From NCBI GenBank assembly GCA_016840465.1, contig JAEOSH010000014.1, positions 1 through 32,000 on the forward strand: 32,000 bases of DNA. Reading direction: 5' to 3'. The position numbers and the translations under genes were made by a program. Shown piece by piece: positions 1 through 9,391 of this stretch; positions within the stretch are counted from its first letter, which is position 1; each line of letters begins with the position of its first letter. Source of the stretch: Candidatus Baldrarchaeum yapensis (GTDB taxonomy: Archaea; Asgardarchaeota; Baldrarchaeia; Baldrarchaeales; Baldrarchaeaceae). A model generated the notes under the pieces. The model had not been told where the DNA came from, ran no database searches, and saw only the letters and a program-made list of their open reading frames with translations.

Positions 1-663
1 CTTTACGAAGATGATAAAGACATAAGAGTGGTTGTCTTCAAGGGAGCGGGAGATAGGGCGTTCTCCGCGGGAGCGGATGTCACCGCGTTCAGGTTCCAGC
101 CGCCAGCGTTTAACACCGCAGTGTTCACATTCAAGATGCACAGGCTCACCCAGAAGATAGAGTGGTACCCGAAGATAGTGATCGCCGCAATCAACGGGTA
201 CGCCCTCGGGGGCGGACTGGAGCTCGCGATGGCCTGTGACCTCAGAATTGCGAGCGACAAGTCCCAGCTCGGACAGCCCGAGGTGAACCTCGGAATAATT
301 CCCGGATGGGGCGGAACCCAGAGGCTTTCCAGAATAGTGGGCCCCGCCAAGGCCAAGGAGCTCTGCCTCCTTGGCGAGAGAATCCCGGCGGAGGAGGCTT
401 ACAAGTTAGGGCTCGTCAACAAGGTCGTCCCGGCGGAAAAGTTCGACGAGGAAGTGAGGAACTTCGCGATGAGGATAGCTGAGGGGGCGCCGCTCGCCCA
501 GCGCGCGATAAAGTACGCGGTGAACTTCGGATGGCAGGCGCCCATAACCACGGGCCTCATGCTTGAGGCAATGGGCCTGGCCCTGGCGGCGAACACGAAG
601 GACGCGATAGAAGGAGTCACAGCATTCCTCCAGAAGAGAAAGCCGAAGTTCAAGGGAGAATAA
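1..663 (+). CDS. Enoyl-CoA hydratase/isomerase (crotonase) family protein, 5'-truncated by the window edge; may be the C-terminal domain of a larger fusion
   Basis: Frame is open from base 1 (LYEDDKDIRVVVFKG). Crotonase motifs FSAGADV, GGGLELAMACD, GQPEVNLGIIPGWGGTQRL and C-terminal EGVTAFLQKRKPKF. TAA at 661-663. Confidence 0.93.
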   Translation, partial: LYEDDKDIRVVVFKGAGDRAFSAGADVTAFRFQPPAFNTAVFTFKMHRLTQKIEWYPKIVIAAINGYALGGGLELAMACDLRIASDKSQLGQPEVNLGIIPGWGGTQRLSRIVGPAKAKELCLLGERIPAEEAYKLGLVNKVVPAEKFDEEVRNFAMRIAEGAPLAQRAIKYAVNFGWQAPITTGLMLEAMGLALAANTKDAIEGVTAFLQKRKPKFKGE

Positions 664-674
664 GAACTAGAAGG

Positions 675-2093
675 TTATACGTTCAGGTACGTGTATATCT
701 CCACTGGAGTCGTGTACATTTCTATTTTTCTGCACTCTTCCCTTTTCACTTCGATGTACGTTTCTAAGAGTTCCTTGTTCATGACGGGCTTCAGGAACTC
801 GTTATCGCACTCCAACTCGTCGAGCGCATCCCACAGGGTTCTGGGGAGTTCCTTTATTCCGAGCTGTCTTCGCTTAGATGCGGGCATCAGGTAGATGTTC
901 TCGTCCACGGGGTCTCCTGGATCTATCTCTTTCTTTATTCCATCCAGACCTGCGGCAAGTATTGCAGCGAATGCCAAGTACGGGTTCGTTGCAGGGTCTG
1001 GGGGTCTGTATTCAATCCTTTTGTCTCTGGGATCTCCCCTGTGGTACACGGGAACTCTCACTATTGCGCTTCTGTTACCTTTGCTCCATGCAATGTAAAC
1101 GGGAGCCTCGTACCCAGGTACCAGTCTCTTGTAGCTGTTAGTCGTGGGTGAAACTATTGCACTCAATGCCCGCGCGTGCTCCATCAATCCTCCGATGAAG
1201 TACCTTCCGAGTTGGCTCAACTCCGCATACCCGTCATTTGGGTCGTAGAACAGGTTTGCTGTCACGTTTCTATTCCACAAACTCACATGAGTGTGCATTC
1301 CACTTCCGTTATCTCCGTAGATGGGTTTCGGCATGAATGTAATGGTGTGATCGTACTTTTTCGCAATGTTCCATGCAACATACTTGAAAGTTACAACTCT
1401 ATCGGCCGTCTCGACAAGTCCCCCGTGCCTGAAGGTTATCTCCCCTTGCCCCGCAGTCGCAACCTCATGGTGGTAGGCTTCGATGGAGAATCCGAAGTGG
1501 TCCTCGAGGGTCTCCGCGATTTCTTTCCTTATTGTGAGGACTATGTCGAAGGGGGACGTTACGTGGTATCCGTGCTTGCAATCGATAACCCCGCCGTTGC
1601 AGCTCCATGGGGCCTCATCGCTCTCTATGATGTAGGACTGCTTGTATCGTGGGTCGGAGAGGTCGACTTTCACCCTCCTAAATATGAAGAACTCGATTTC
1701 GGGGCCCCAAAAGCTAATATATCCGTTGTTGAGGGCATACTCTTCTGCTTTTTCGGCGCATTGACGTGGATCCTTTTCGAACCTGCCCATACCATAGCTT
1801 CTGTAAACCTTACAAAGAAATCGCGCCGTTTTTCCTTTGCCATTGCTCTCCCAAGGAACTATTGCGAAAGTTTCCTCCACAGGCACCAGTACCATGTCGC
1901 TCTCGTGGATTTCCACGAACCCCACGACGCTACTTCCGTCAAGCTTCCCGATACCATCCTCAAAGACCTTCCTACTTATGTTTGATGAGGAAACGGTGAC
2001 CTGATGTAACCTTCCGATAAGATCCACGTATTGGAAGTGTATCCACCTGATCGCATTCTCGGATATCATTTTCAAAATTTGTTCAACTTCCAT
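675..2093 (-). CDS. glnA: Glutamine synthetase type I
   Basis: 472 aa. Motifs [77 protein letters not shown]. Confidence 0.97.
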   Translation of the reverse strand: MEVEQILKMISENAIRWIHFQYVDLIGRLHQVTVSSSNISRKVFEDGIGKLDGSSVVGFVEIHESDMVLVPVEETFAIVPWESNGKGKTARFLCKVYRSYGMGRFEKDPRQCAEKAEEYALNNGYISFWGPEIEFFIFRRVKVDLSDPRYKQSYIIESDEAPWSCNGGVIDCKHGYHVTSPFDIVLTIRKEIAETLEDHFGFSIEAYHHEVATAGQGEITFRHGGLVETADRVVTFKYVAWNIAKKYDHTITFMPKPIYGDNGSGMHTHVSLWNRNVTANLFYDPNDGYAELSQLGRYFIGGLMEHARALSAIVSPTTNSYKRLVPGYEAPVYIAWSKGNRSAIVRVPVYHRGDPRDKRIEYRPPDPATNPYLAFAAILAAGLDGIKKEIDPGDPVDENIYLMPASKRRQLGIKELPRTLWDALDELECDNEFLKPVMNKELLETYIEVKREECRKIEMYTTPVEIYTYLNV

Positions 2094-2226
2094 GCCATCA
2101 CCGTTTAACTTTCACAAACACTCGAAGAAAACCGCATTAATATTTTTAAGCATAACGCTCATATTGTCAAGTAATGTTCAATTTGTCATAAATACTCTTT
2201 GAACAATATTCAGCAGATTTAATAAT

Positions 2227-2248
2227 GTGGGTAAAACTACTTAACCAC
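2227..2248. promoter_or_regulatory. Imperfect inverted repeat upstream of glnA, candidate operator
   Basis: GTGGGTAA-aactac-TTAACCAC (8-bp arms, 1 mismatch), about 135 bp upstream of the glnA ATG. Confidence 0.3.
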
Positions 2249-2335
2249 GCGTTTCGGATGGGACGGAAGGACGGGAAGGGTGATATTAATGTAACGGGAT
2301 TTCTGAGAGTAGGGGCATCCAAATCCACATGATCT

Positions 2336-3004
2336 TTATTTCAGGCTCTTTATCCGGTAATACTTCTCGCCCCGTATCTCAGTTACGAACTCCACGTTCT
2401 CATATTCGAGTGATAAGTTGAGCAATCCGACCTCCTCAGCGACTCTTCCACCGTATCTCGCACAGAGGTTTATCAGGGCCTGTGAGATCCTCCTCGCCCA
2501 TCCCTCAAACTTTCCCTCATCCATCGATTTCAACTTTACACGTAACTCCTCCTCGGCCCACTTTCTTCTCTCCCCCGCCGTTCTGGCAATAGTTGCGGCC
2601 GCAAGAGCGATAACCGCGAGCCACGCAATTGTGATCACGTAGAGTACTAGGGTTTGTAACTCACCCAGAAGATGTGACGTTACGATTATTATGACGGGTG
2701 CGGAAAGCATGGTGGCCACCAGCAAGGAAACGTCCCTCAGCGTCAACCCGAACTCTATCCTTCTAAGAGTCTCAAATAGATTGTCGAGATCCTCTCCTGC
2801 CTCCTCAACTGCGTGCCGCAACTCGTCATCGAACTCGGATAGTTCCATCAGCCCGTAGTATATCTCATCTGCGATGCTACCGGTCGCCCACACAAGATTA
2901 TCATACTTACCCGCGGCGAGTGAGTCAAATAGCAGGATGAGGTCACCTCGGAACAGCAACCTAAGCATCTGATGCGGTGGTGGGGGTTTCCGTCTCGTGC
3001 TCAT
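2336..3004 (-). CDS. Hypothetical membrane protein with two central hydrophobic helices
   Basis: 222-227 aa ORF. Hydrophobic stretches VSLLVATMLSAPVIIIVTSHLL and TLVLYVITIAWLAVIALAAATIA. ATG 3004 has GGTGA 8 nt upstream; alternative GTG start at 3019. No family recognised. Confidence 0.75.
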   Translation of the reverse strand: MSTRRKPPPPHQMLRLLFRGDLILLFDSLAAGKYDNLVWATGSIADEIYYGLMELSEFDDELRHAVEEAGEDLDNLFETLRRIEFGLTLRDVSLLVATMLSAPVIIIVTSHLLGELQTLVLYVITIAWLAVIALAAATIARTAGERRKWAEEELRVKLKSMDEGKFEGWARRISQALINLCARYGGRVAEEVGLLNLSLEYENVEFVTEIRGEKYYRIKSLK

Positions 3005-3112
3005 GGACAGTTTCACCACTCCCTACGAGGATCTCCTCCACACCATTAATTAATTCTTCGGTTCTCTCGTCTATTATGGATAGCACGTGTGGAGGTTGTC
3101 GGTGTCGCGGCC

Positions 3113-4324
3113 ATGGAAGTGACGTTTGAGGAAAAGAGGGCACGGGACCTCATACACCCGATAGACCGCACTTGGGAGATCTGGAGGTACTGCCCCCATA
3201 GGTTTGCGGCGAACATATACTTGGGGTGCTCCCACTCCTGTGCCTATTGCTTCGCCCGATCCATGAGGGTTGACTACAACACCAGGATAATAGTAAGGGT
3301 TAACGCACCGGAACTCGCGCGCAGGGAACTCTCACGGATGAAGGGGAGGATCCAACCGGTGGACTTGGGGTCGGCATCCGACCCCTATCAGCCAGCGGAG
3401 CGAAAGTATATGCTTACGAGGAGAGTGCTTGAGGTCTTCAACGAAATGAACGCACCGTGTTTCATAGTGACAAAATCGGACCTCGTGCTTAGGGATGTAG
3501 ACCTGATATCCGAAATGCACGAAAAGGGGCTATGCACCGTCGCAGTGACGATCACAACGCTGAACAGGGGGATAAAGAGGTTAATCGAGCCGTACTCTTC
3601 CACAACGGACGCAAGACTTAAGGCAATAGAGGAACTGAAAGACGCCGGTGTGAAGGTTCCGGTTAAAATCCAGCCCATACTTCCATTCTTGACCGACGAC
3701 GAGGACGAACTGAGAGAACTGGTGGACGCTGTTGCTGATGCGGGGGCCGTACACGTCACATCGATGGTCCTTAAGGTCTCCGATACCGTGTGGAGCAACA
3801 TGAGATCTATCTTTGAGCGGAAGTTTCCCGACCTCCTACCAAAGTATGAGGACCTTTACTTCAAGAGAGGGGAGGAGGATCTTTCGGGGTATAGAAGGGC
3901 GCCTGCCAATTACAGAAGGCGAGTTCTCGAAATCGTGGCCGACCAGTGTAAAAAGCGGGGATTGACATTTGGAACATGCAAGGAGGGATTCTTTGACCTG
4001 CACACGGACGTGAGGTGTAGTGGCATTCACCTGAAGGGAAGATACGTTCCGACCATTGAGAACTACTGGAGGGAACTCACATTAAGGGGCGTGCTGAGGA
4101 TCGAGGACGCGGAGGAAATTGCAAAGGGATATAAGGTTCACAAGAAATACCTCCAAGAATTAAAGCGGATATGGATGAGCGGAAAATTGTTCTCGGGAGT
4201 CCCCGGCGTTCTTGTGGAGAGAGCAGATGGGGAAGTCGTTTATAGGTTGTGTGAATCAGCCCTCCGTGGCTCGTCATCCCAACAGGTCTGTGCTGGTGGC
4301 AGTCATCATCTTCAGCAGGTATGA
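3113..4324 (+). CDS. Radical SAM protein, spore-photoproduct-lyase-like family
   Basis: CxxxCxxC motif (NIYLGCSHSCAYCFAR), GSASDPYQPAE, IVTKSDLVLRD, IQPILP. ATG 3113 preceded by GGTG; ORF is open from GTG 3089. Confidence 0.88.
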   Translation: MEVTFEEKRARDLIHPIDRTWEIWRYCPHRFAANIYLGCSHSCAYCFARSMRVDYNTRIIVRVNAPELARRELSRMKGRIQPVDLGSASDPYQPAERKYMLTRRVLEVFNEMNAPCFIVTKSDLVLRDVDLISEMHEKGLCTVAVTITTLNRGIKRLIEPYSSTTDARLKAIEELKDAGVKVPVKIQPILPFLTDDEDELRELVDAVADAGAVHVTSMVLKVSDTVWSNMRSIFERKFPDLLPKYEDLYFKRGEEDLSGYRRAPANYRRRVLEIVADQCKKRGLTFGTCKEGFFDLHTDVRCSGIHLKGRYVPTIENYWRELTLRGVLRIEDAEEIAKGYKVHKKYLQELKRIWMSGKLFSGVPGVLVERADGEVVYRLCESALRGSSSQQVCAGGSHHLQQV

Positions 4325-4441
4325 TCCTGCTCTCACAACCATCTCTCCTGACAAATTTCATAAACTATTCGGAAGTGTTTACGGTGGACAGAATACCAAT
4401 TGCCGTTATTAGTACCCGTCCGGTTTTTCGGAGCAGCCCCA

Positions 4442-5575
4442 TTACAGTGCACGCATCTTTACTTCCCTCTCGAAGTCGGGCCTCAGCGCAACTCTTCTGA
4501 TGACCGGATCCGCTATCTTGTACCTATCGTCGACCTTCTTCATTAACCCGCGTTCAAGAAGGTATTTGAGATACGTGATCGCGGTGCTCGGAACCTTACC
4601 AATTATGCGTGCCGCTTCCGACACGGAAATTTCCCCCATTTCGGCCGCGTATCTCAGAATTCGCAAATACGAGGATATTCTCCTCCTTCCGTACAGTGCG
4701 CGAGCAACTTCCCCGTATATCATCGCCGCGGCCTCTTCTTCCATCTTGCCGATAACATGATCAAGGGTGGTATCCTCGCCCCTGAGGCGCATCAGAACGT
4801 ATGTCCTACCAAAGTGGGTGAGCCACCCCGGGAAGCCTCCGAGCCTCAGTGCAGCATCCTCTATTATTTCCCGAGAAACGGACACTCCGCACTCATCAAA
4901 GCCCGCTTCGAGCATCTTAATAGACGTGCGCTCATCAAACGGCTTAAGGACTATTTCCTCCCCAATTCTGCCGTATAGTGGAAAGGACTCGTGGCGCTCC
5001 AGTACTCGTTTAAGCGATGCTATTGAGCCCAGAAACACCACTGACATCCGTGGTGCTAGGATGTCGTGAAGGGCTGCTAGGTACCTGAATGCCTCAGGGT
5101 ACTTGAGCAACTCTTGCACCTCATCCAATATGAGCACCACCCTATTCCTCCTGCACAGAGTTTTTAACGCCTCAGTCATGCTTATGCGGGCCTTTCTCTT
5201 CATCTCGACCGTCACGCCCAGAAAGGAAATCTTCTCTATCATGTTTAGAACTCTGCGTATTCCACGGCGCTCCGTGACGGATGCCACCGCGTTTTTGAGC
5301 ATCTCGAAATACACGTCTAAGGAGAGGTTCTCGATGGGGGCCTCCCACATATTTACGTATATCGGAATCAAATCCAGAGATTCCGCGATCGACCTCACAA
5401 GCGTGGTCTTCCCCGTCCTACGCAGACCCGATACCACAAACCACTCCCCACTCCTCATTAAAAACTCTATCGCCCTTTTTTCTCGCTCAAAATTGAACAC
5501 TGATGAAAGGGGTTTCACAGTGGTCCGCGCAAATATTCCCTTCTCAAGGCAGGGAGGAAGTGTCATGGGCTCCAC
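4442..5575 (-). CDS. Archaeal AAA+/STAND-like ATPase with C-terminal winged helix (COG1672-type)
   Basis: Walker A GLRRTGKTT, Walker B VLILDEVQ, LYGR motif, GGFP, C-terminal HTH (SVSEAARIIGKVPSTAITYLKYLLERG). ATG 5566 is a likely alternative start. Confidence 0.9.
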   Translation of the reverse strand: MEPMTLPPCLEKGIFARTTVKPLSSVFNFEREKRAIEFLMRSGEWFVVSGLRRTGKTTLVRSIAESLDLIPIYVNMWEAPIENLSLDVYFEMLKNAVASVTERRGIRRVLNMIEKISFLGVTVEMKRKARISMTEALKTLCRRNRVVLILDEVQELLKYPEAFRYLAALHDILAPRMSVVFLGSIASLKRVLERHESFPLYGRIGEEIVLKPFDERTSIKMLEAGFDECGVSVSREIIEDAALRLGGFPGWLTHFGRTYVLMRLRGEDTTLDHVIGKMEEEAAAMIYGEVARALYGRRRISSYLRILRYAAEMGEISVSEAARIIGKVPSTAITYLKYLLERGLMKKVDDRYKIADPVIRRVALRPDFEREVKMRAL

Positions 5576-5580
5576 ATACC

Positions 5581-5614
5581 ATTCGAGTTATTCGAATATT
5601 CGAGTTACTCGAAT
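5581..5614. repeat. Two tandem 17-bp palindromic repeats in the divergent ATPase/glycosyltransferase promoter
   Basis: ATTCGAGTTATTCGAAT (5581-5597) followed by ATTCGAGTTACTCGAAT (5598-5614). Each is an inverted repeat. TATATAT lies at 5617-5623. Confidence 0.75.
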
Positions 5615-5667
5615 ACTATATATCTCATGTCATCGACATCATCGTGACGCCGCATGTGGTGAGGATC

Positions 5668-6354
5668 ATGAGCGTCAGCGTCATAATTCCGACTTACAAA
5701 ACAGATCCGACACTTCTAGAAAAGACGCTAAGATCCATTCCAAGGAAGGTCGGCGATGCGGAGGTCGAAATAGTAATTGCGACAGAAAAAGATGATAGAA
5801 ATGCGTTCAGCATCGCTGAAAAATTTCGAGTGAGGGCGATTGCTCCGGAAAGACGGCTAGGAAAGGGTCATGCTATGGAAACAGCGTTCAACGAGTGCGA
5901 AGGAGAGTTGATAGTGTTCTTCGATGCCGACATAAAGAATGTAAACGAGGACATGATGAGATCCCTGATCATCCCCCTCATTGAGGGAGCGGAGGTCACA
6001 AGAGCAAAATACGAATATCAAGGAAACATGAACTTCGACCCTGTTAGCGAACTCGTTGCCCGTCCACTCTTATCGCTGTTCTTCCCCGAAATCAGGGTTA
6101 AGCAACCCCTCACCGGACTATCGGGTTATAAGAGATATGTGCTCGAGAGGTGCCTGCCCTTCGAGAAAGGATGGGGCGTCGATGTGGGCCTGCTGATAGA
6201 TGTAACGATGAAGGCCTGTGAGATTGTGGAGGTGGATATAGGGGTCATTGAACACGAGTTCAAGCCTTGGGAGGAGCAGTTCAAGGTTGCACACGAGGTC
6301 GCTAGGACAATCCTGAGAAAGGCGGTAGCGTACGCAAGAATATACTTCATATGA
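5668..6354 (+). CDS. gpgS: Glucosyl-3-phosphoglycerate synthase-like GT-A glycosyltransferase
   Basis: VSVIIPTY start, GKGHAM, DxD motif FFDADI, ELVARPLLSLFFPEI..KQPLTG, PFEKGWGVDVGLLID resembling GpgS/MpgS. ATG 5668 follows GGTGAGG. Donor and acceptor specificity not determinable. Confidence 0.75.
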   Translation: MSVSVIIPTYKTDPTLLEKTLRSIPRKVGDAEVEIVIATEKDDRNAFSIAEKFRVRAIAPERRLGKGHAMETAFNECEGELIVFFDADIKNVNEDMMRSLIIPLIEGAEVTRAKYEYQGNMNFDPVSELVARPLLSLFFPEIRVKQPLTGLSGYKRYVLERCLPFEKGWGVDVGLLIDVTMKACEIVEVDIGVIEHEFKPWEEQFKVAHEVARTILRKAVAYARIYFI

Positions 6355-6688
6355 AGGCAAAGGCGTATAGCAGCATGTCGGCAAACTCTCTGTCCATCAC
6401 GAGCCAAATCTGTAGCAAGGGGTCATACTTCGCCTCCTTGATCATCGGAATTCTGAAATCGGAGAAAAAAGATGGAAGAAAAGCCTGATGGATCACAACA
6501 GTATCGCTATTCCTCCCGCTCCATGAGACTCTTCCTGACCGGAGATGCCTCAATGTGAGGTCGTACAGTATGCAGTCCCTCATGGAAACGTGGACGCCAA
6601 TTTCGTTCCTGAATGCACATATTCTCAGCAACCCTCTCTTGATGACATCGAAAATATCGAAAATGAAGGTGTGCAGAGCGTCTTGCAA
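6347..6688 (-). CDS. Possible small hypothetical protein
   Basis: 113-aa ORF (TTG start; ATG alternatives) filling the gap between gpgS and ade. Its stop overlaps the gpgS stop by 8 bp. No motif recognised. Confidence 0.35.
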   Translation of the reverse strand: MQDALHTFIFDIFDVIKRGLLRICAFRNEIGVHVSMRDCILYDLTLRHLRSGRVSWSGRNSDTVVIHQAFLPSFFSDFRIPMIKEAKYDPLLQIWLVMDREFADMLLYAFAFI

Positions 6689-6785
6689 ATATTACGAACC
6701 GGGGCCGCAATATTGTTCTTTATAGACGTACTACTACAACTTCCGCCAACTCGGCACAAAATTAAAATTAATATGAGTGCGTGAG

Positions 6786-8576
6786 TCACTCGGCAATAAC
6801 ATTTATCCTTCTAAACTTCACGGTATCGATGAGCCCCTTGTCCGTGATCCTCAACTCCGGTAAAACGGAAAGTGCCAAGAGCGACATCGTCATGAACGGT
6901 GAAATTAACTCGCAACCCAGAGCCCGCCACGCCCTCTCCAGACCCTCCACCTCCTCACAAACCTCTTCCAGACTCTTATCTGACATGAGTCCGGCGATCG
7001 GCAATTCCACCAGTCCCAGAACCTCCTGATTTCGTACGGCGATCATTCCACCCCCCGCCTCTATCAACTTACGCGCGGCGAACGCCATGTCTTTCTCGTT
7101 CATGCCAACCACGAGGAGGTTGTGACTATCATGCGCAACCGTTGACGCAACAGCCCCCTCCTTAAAACCAAACCCTTTAACAAATCCAACACCGATATTC
7201 CCGGTCGCCCTGTGCCTCTCTATCACCGCAACCCTCGCAACGTCCTTCTCAACACTCGGCATGACAACGCCGTTGACCACGGGAAGCTCTTCTATCAGGT
7301 GCTTGGTGACGACCTTCCCCTCCACCACGCCTATGACGTGAACCTTCACCTTCTCCCTATCCGGAGAAGTCCTAACTAGGAAGTCCTCCGGCTCGGGAAC
7401 CCTTTTCACTCTTATCGTCTTCTTTGCATCCTCCGGGTACTCCATCTTCTCTATCTTGACAACTAACTTTCCATCCCTGGCAACGACCTCGCCGTCCGCA
7501 ATTACGGTATTCACCTTGACCTTCGTCAAACTGTCAAGTATCAGCATGTCCGCAAACCTTCCCGGTGCAATTCCCCCCACATCTCTCTCAACGCCGAAAT
7601 GCTCCGCAGTGTTCAGTGTCGCCATCTGGATCGCCCTCACCGGATCCACTCCCTCCTCTATCGCTCTCCTCACGACAAAGTCCATGTGACCCTCCCTAAC
7701 TATATCCTCCGGGTGCCTGTCATCCGTGACGAGAATAAGCCTCCTGCTGTCGATCTTGCCCTCCGTGTAGCACTTTATCACTTCCGCAAGATCCCTCCAC
7801 GCCGACCCCTCCCTTATCATTGCGTACATCCCCAACCTCACCCTCTGGATTCCGTCTATCTTCCTAGTAGACTCGTGACACGAAGTTATCCCAGCGGCGG
7901 CATACGCCGCAAGTTGCTCATCTAGGATCCCATCCGAGTGTCCCTCCACAACCTTGCCCGCCCTCAGCGTTGCATTTATCTCCCCGAAGACCTTCTCATC
8001 TCCTGCTAGAACCCCAGGGTAGTTCATCATCTCCCCCAGTGCAACAACCTCCTCCCACTTCATCATCTCCTCCACGTCCTTTGGCCCTATCTCCGCGCCC
8101 GCCGTTTCAAACTCCGGAAAAGATGCAGGGACGCATGAAGGCACACATACGAAGACCTTCAGCGGAACCCTCTTTGCCTCCTCTATCATGAGTTTTATGC
8201 CGTAAACCCCCAAAACGTTGGCTATCTCGTGAGGGTCTATGAAAACTCCGGTCGTCCCCCTCGGTAAAACCCCACGCGCAAACTCGGCCACCGTGACCAT
8301 GCTACTCTCTATGTGAACGTGACCATCCAGAAAACCGGGGCACAGATATCTCCCCTCCGCGTCTATCACCTTCGTTTTATCCCCGATCGTGTGGTCCGCT
8401 TTGCCAACTAACGCTATCCGATCGCCCTTCACTGCAACATCTATTCCCTCTAGGATCTCCCCACTGTAGACGTTAACAAGAGTCGCATTCTTGACAACAA
8501 GATCGGCTTTCTCTTTCCCGAGTGCGGTAAATACCAGTAGCCTGTTAACTTCCTCCAAGCGGCTCCGCCTTCGCAC
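6786..8576 (-). CDS. ade: Adenine deaminase (amidohydrolase superfamily)
   Basis: PGFLDGHVHIESS, DPHEIANVLG, ALGEMMNYPG, CHES, REGSAW, VTDDRHP, STVAHDSHNL, LELPIAGLMS-like tail. GTG 8576 follows GGGGTGGT; ORF is open to 8627. Confidence 0.95.
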   Translation of the reverse strand: MRRRSRLEEVNRLLVFTALGKEKADLVVKNATLVNVYSGEILEGIDVAVKGDRIALVGKADHTIGDKTKVIDAEGRYLCPGFLDGHVHIESSMVTVAEFARGVLPRGTTGVFIDPHEIANVLGVYGIKLMIEEAKRVPLKVFVCVPSCVPASFPEFETAGAEIGPKDVEEMMKWEEVVALGEMMNYPGVLAGDEKVFGEINATLRAGKVVEGHSDGILDEQLAAYAAAGITSCHESTRKIDGIQRVRLGMYAMIREGSAWRDLAEVIKCYTEGKIDSRRLILVTDDRHPEDIVREGHMDFVVRRAIEEGVDPVRAIQMATLNTAEHFGVERDVGGIAPGRFADMLILDSLTKVKVNTVIADGEVVARDGKLVVKIEKMEYPEDAKKTIRVKRVPEPEDFLVRTSPDREKVKVHVIGVVEGKVVTKHLIEELPVVNGVVMPSVEKDVARVAVIERHRATGNIGVGFVKGFGFKEGAVASTVAHDSHNLLVVGMNEKDMAFAARKLIEAGGGMIAVRNQEVLGLVELPIAGLMSDKSLEEVCEEVEGLERAWRALGCELISPFMTMSLLALSVLPELRITDKGLIDTVKFRRINVIAE

Positions 8577-8832
8577 ATTACCACCCCAATGCAGTAGAGG
8601 TGCACTAAAAGAGGCCGCATCATGCATAAGAATCCCCAGTAATACTAATTAACTGTTCCGACACCACCTCAACGCTTCCACACATATGTGATTACTTTAG
8701 GCATATGATTCCCATATGATAAACACATTTGTGGGAAATTACGTGACCGCGAGCACCCATCATCCACCTAGATTCGCTGTAAACGGAAAACAAAGAACCC
8801 TCAGCGGAGAAAAATCCTCAGAAAAATGGATG

Positions 8833-9309
8833 TCAATCCAGAAGGGGATCAACTTGTACCCTTACCGGAATTCCAGCGCGCACACTCTCGGTAACCGTGC
8901 AGTACTTCTCAAAGATACCAATGCACCTCTCAAGCTTGTGCCTATATTTCTCCTTAATCCTCGGTCTTAGAGTGACGTTCACCTCCTTCACCCTAAGAAA
9001 GCCCTCCTCGTTCCGTGCAACCGTGCCCGAAACCTCTGCACTTATGTCCTCGATCTCAACCCGATGTATCATGAGACAGTAGGCGAGGGAAGCAATCAGA
9101 CAACCGGCAATCGACGCCGCAAGGAGCCTTGTCGCGTTTACTCCTGCTCCTTCACTTAGCGGATGATGGGGCGGCTCATCCATGTGCAGTTCGTGCCCGG
9201 TGTCAAACTCAACCTTAAATTTCAGCTTCCCGGCCCACTTTATCGAAAAGGTGAAAACGCCTCCCTCATACCGATGCCGGATCCGTCCAGATGATCCGTC
9301 CGCTCGCAT
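8833..9309 (-). CDS. OsmC/Ohr-like family protein
   Basis: DEPP..GEGAGVNATRLLAASIAGCLIASL and KYCTVTES contain the two conserved Cys. ATG 9309 is the likely start; ORF is open to 9372. Confidence 0.88.
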   Translation of the reverse strand: MRADGSSGRIRHRYEGGVFTFSIKWAGKLKFKVEFDTGHELHMDEPPHHPLSEGAGVNATRLLAASIAGCLIASLAYCLMIHRVEIEDISAEVSGTVARNEEGFLRVKEVNVTLRPRIKEKYRHKLERCIGIFEKYCTVTESVRAGIPVRVQVDPLLD

Positions 9310-9391
9310 ATTATATCGAATGACCGGAAGACTTTTCAAATATGCCCTCTGGCATGACGTTATAATGTGCAATCGTTAGTGGTGTATCAAA

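Noticed and set aside
1176-1985. Long antisense ORFs (here 269 aa; also 5103-5795, 26003-26851, 27854-28399, 31174-31926)
   Set aside because: They shadow well-supported genes on the opposite strand and have no recognisable motifs; typical codon-bias artefacts.
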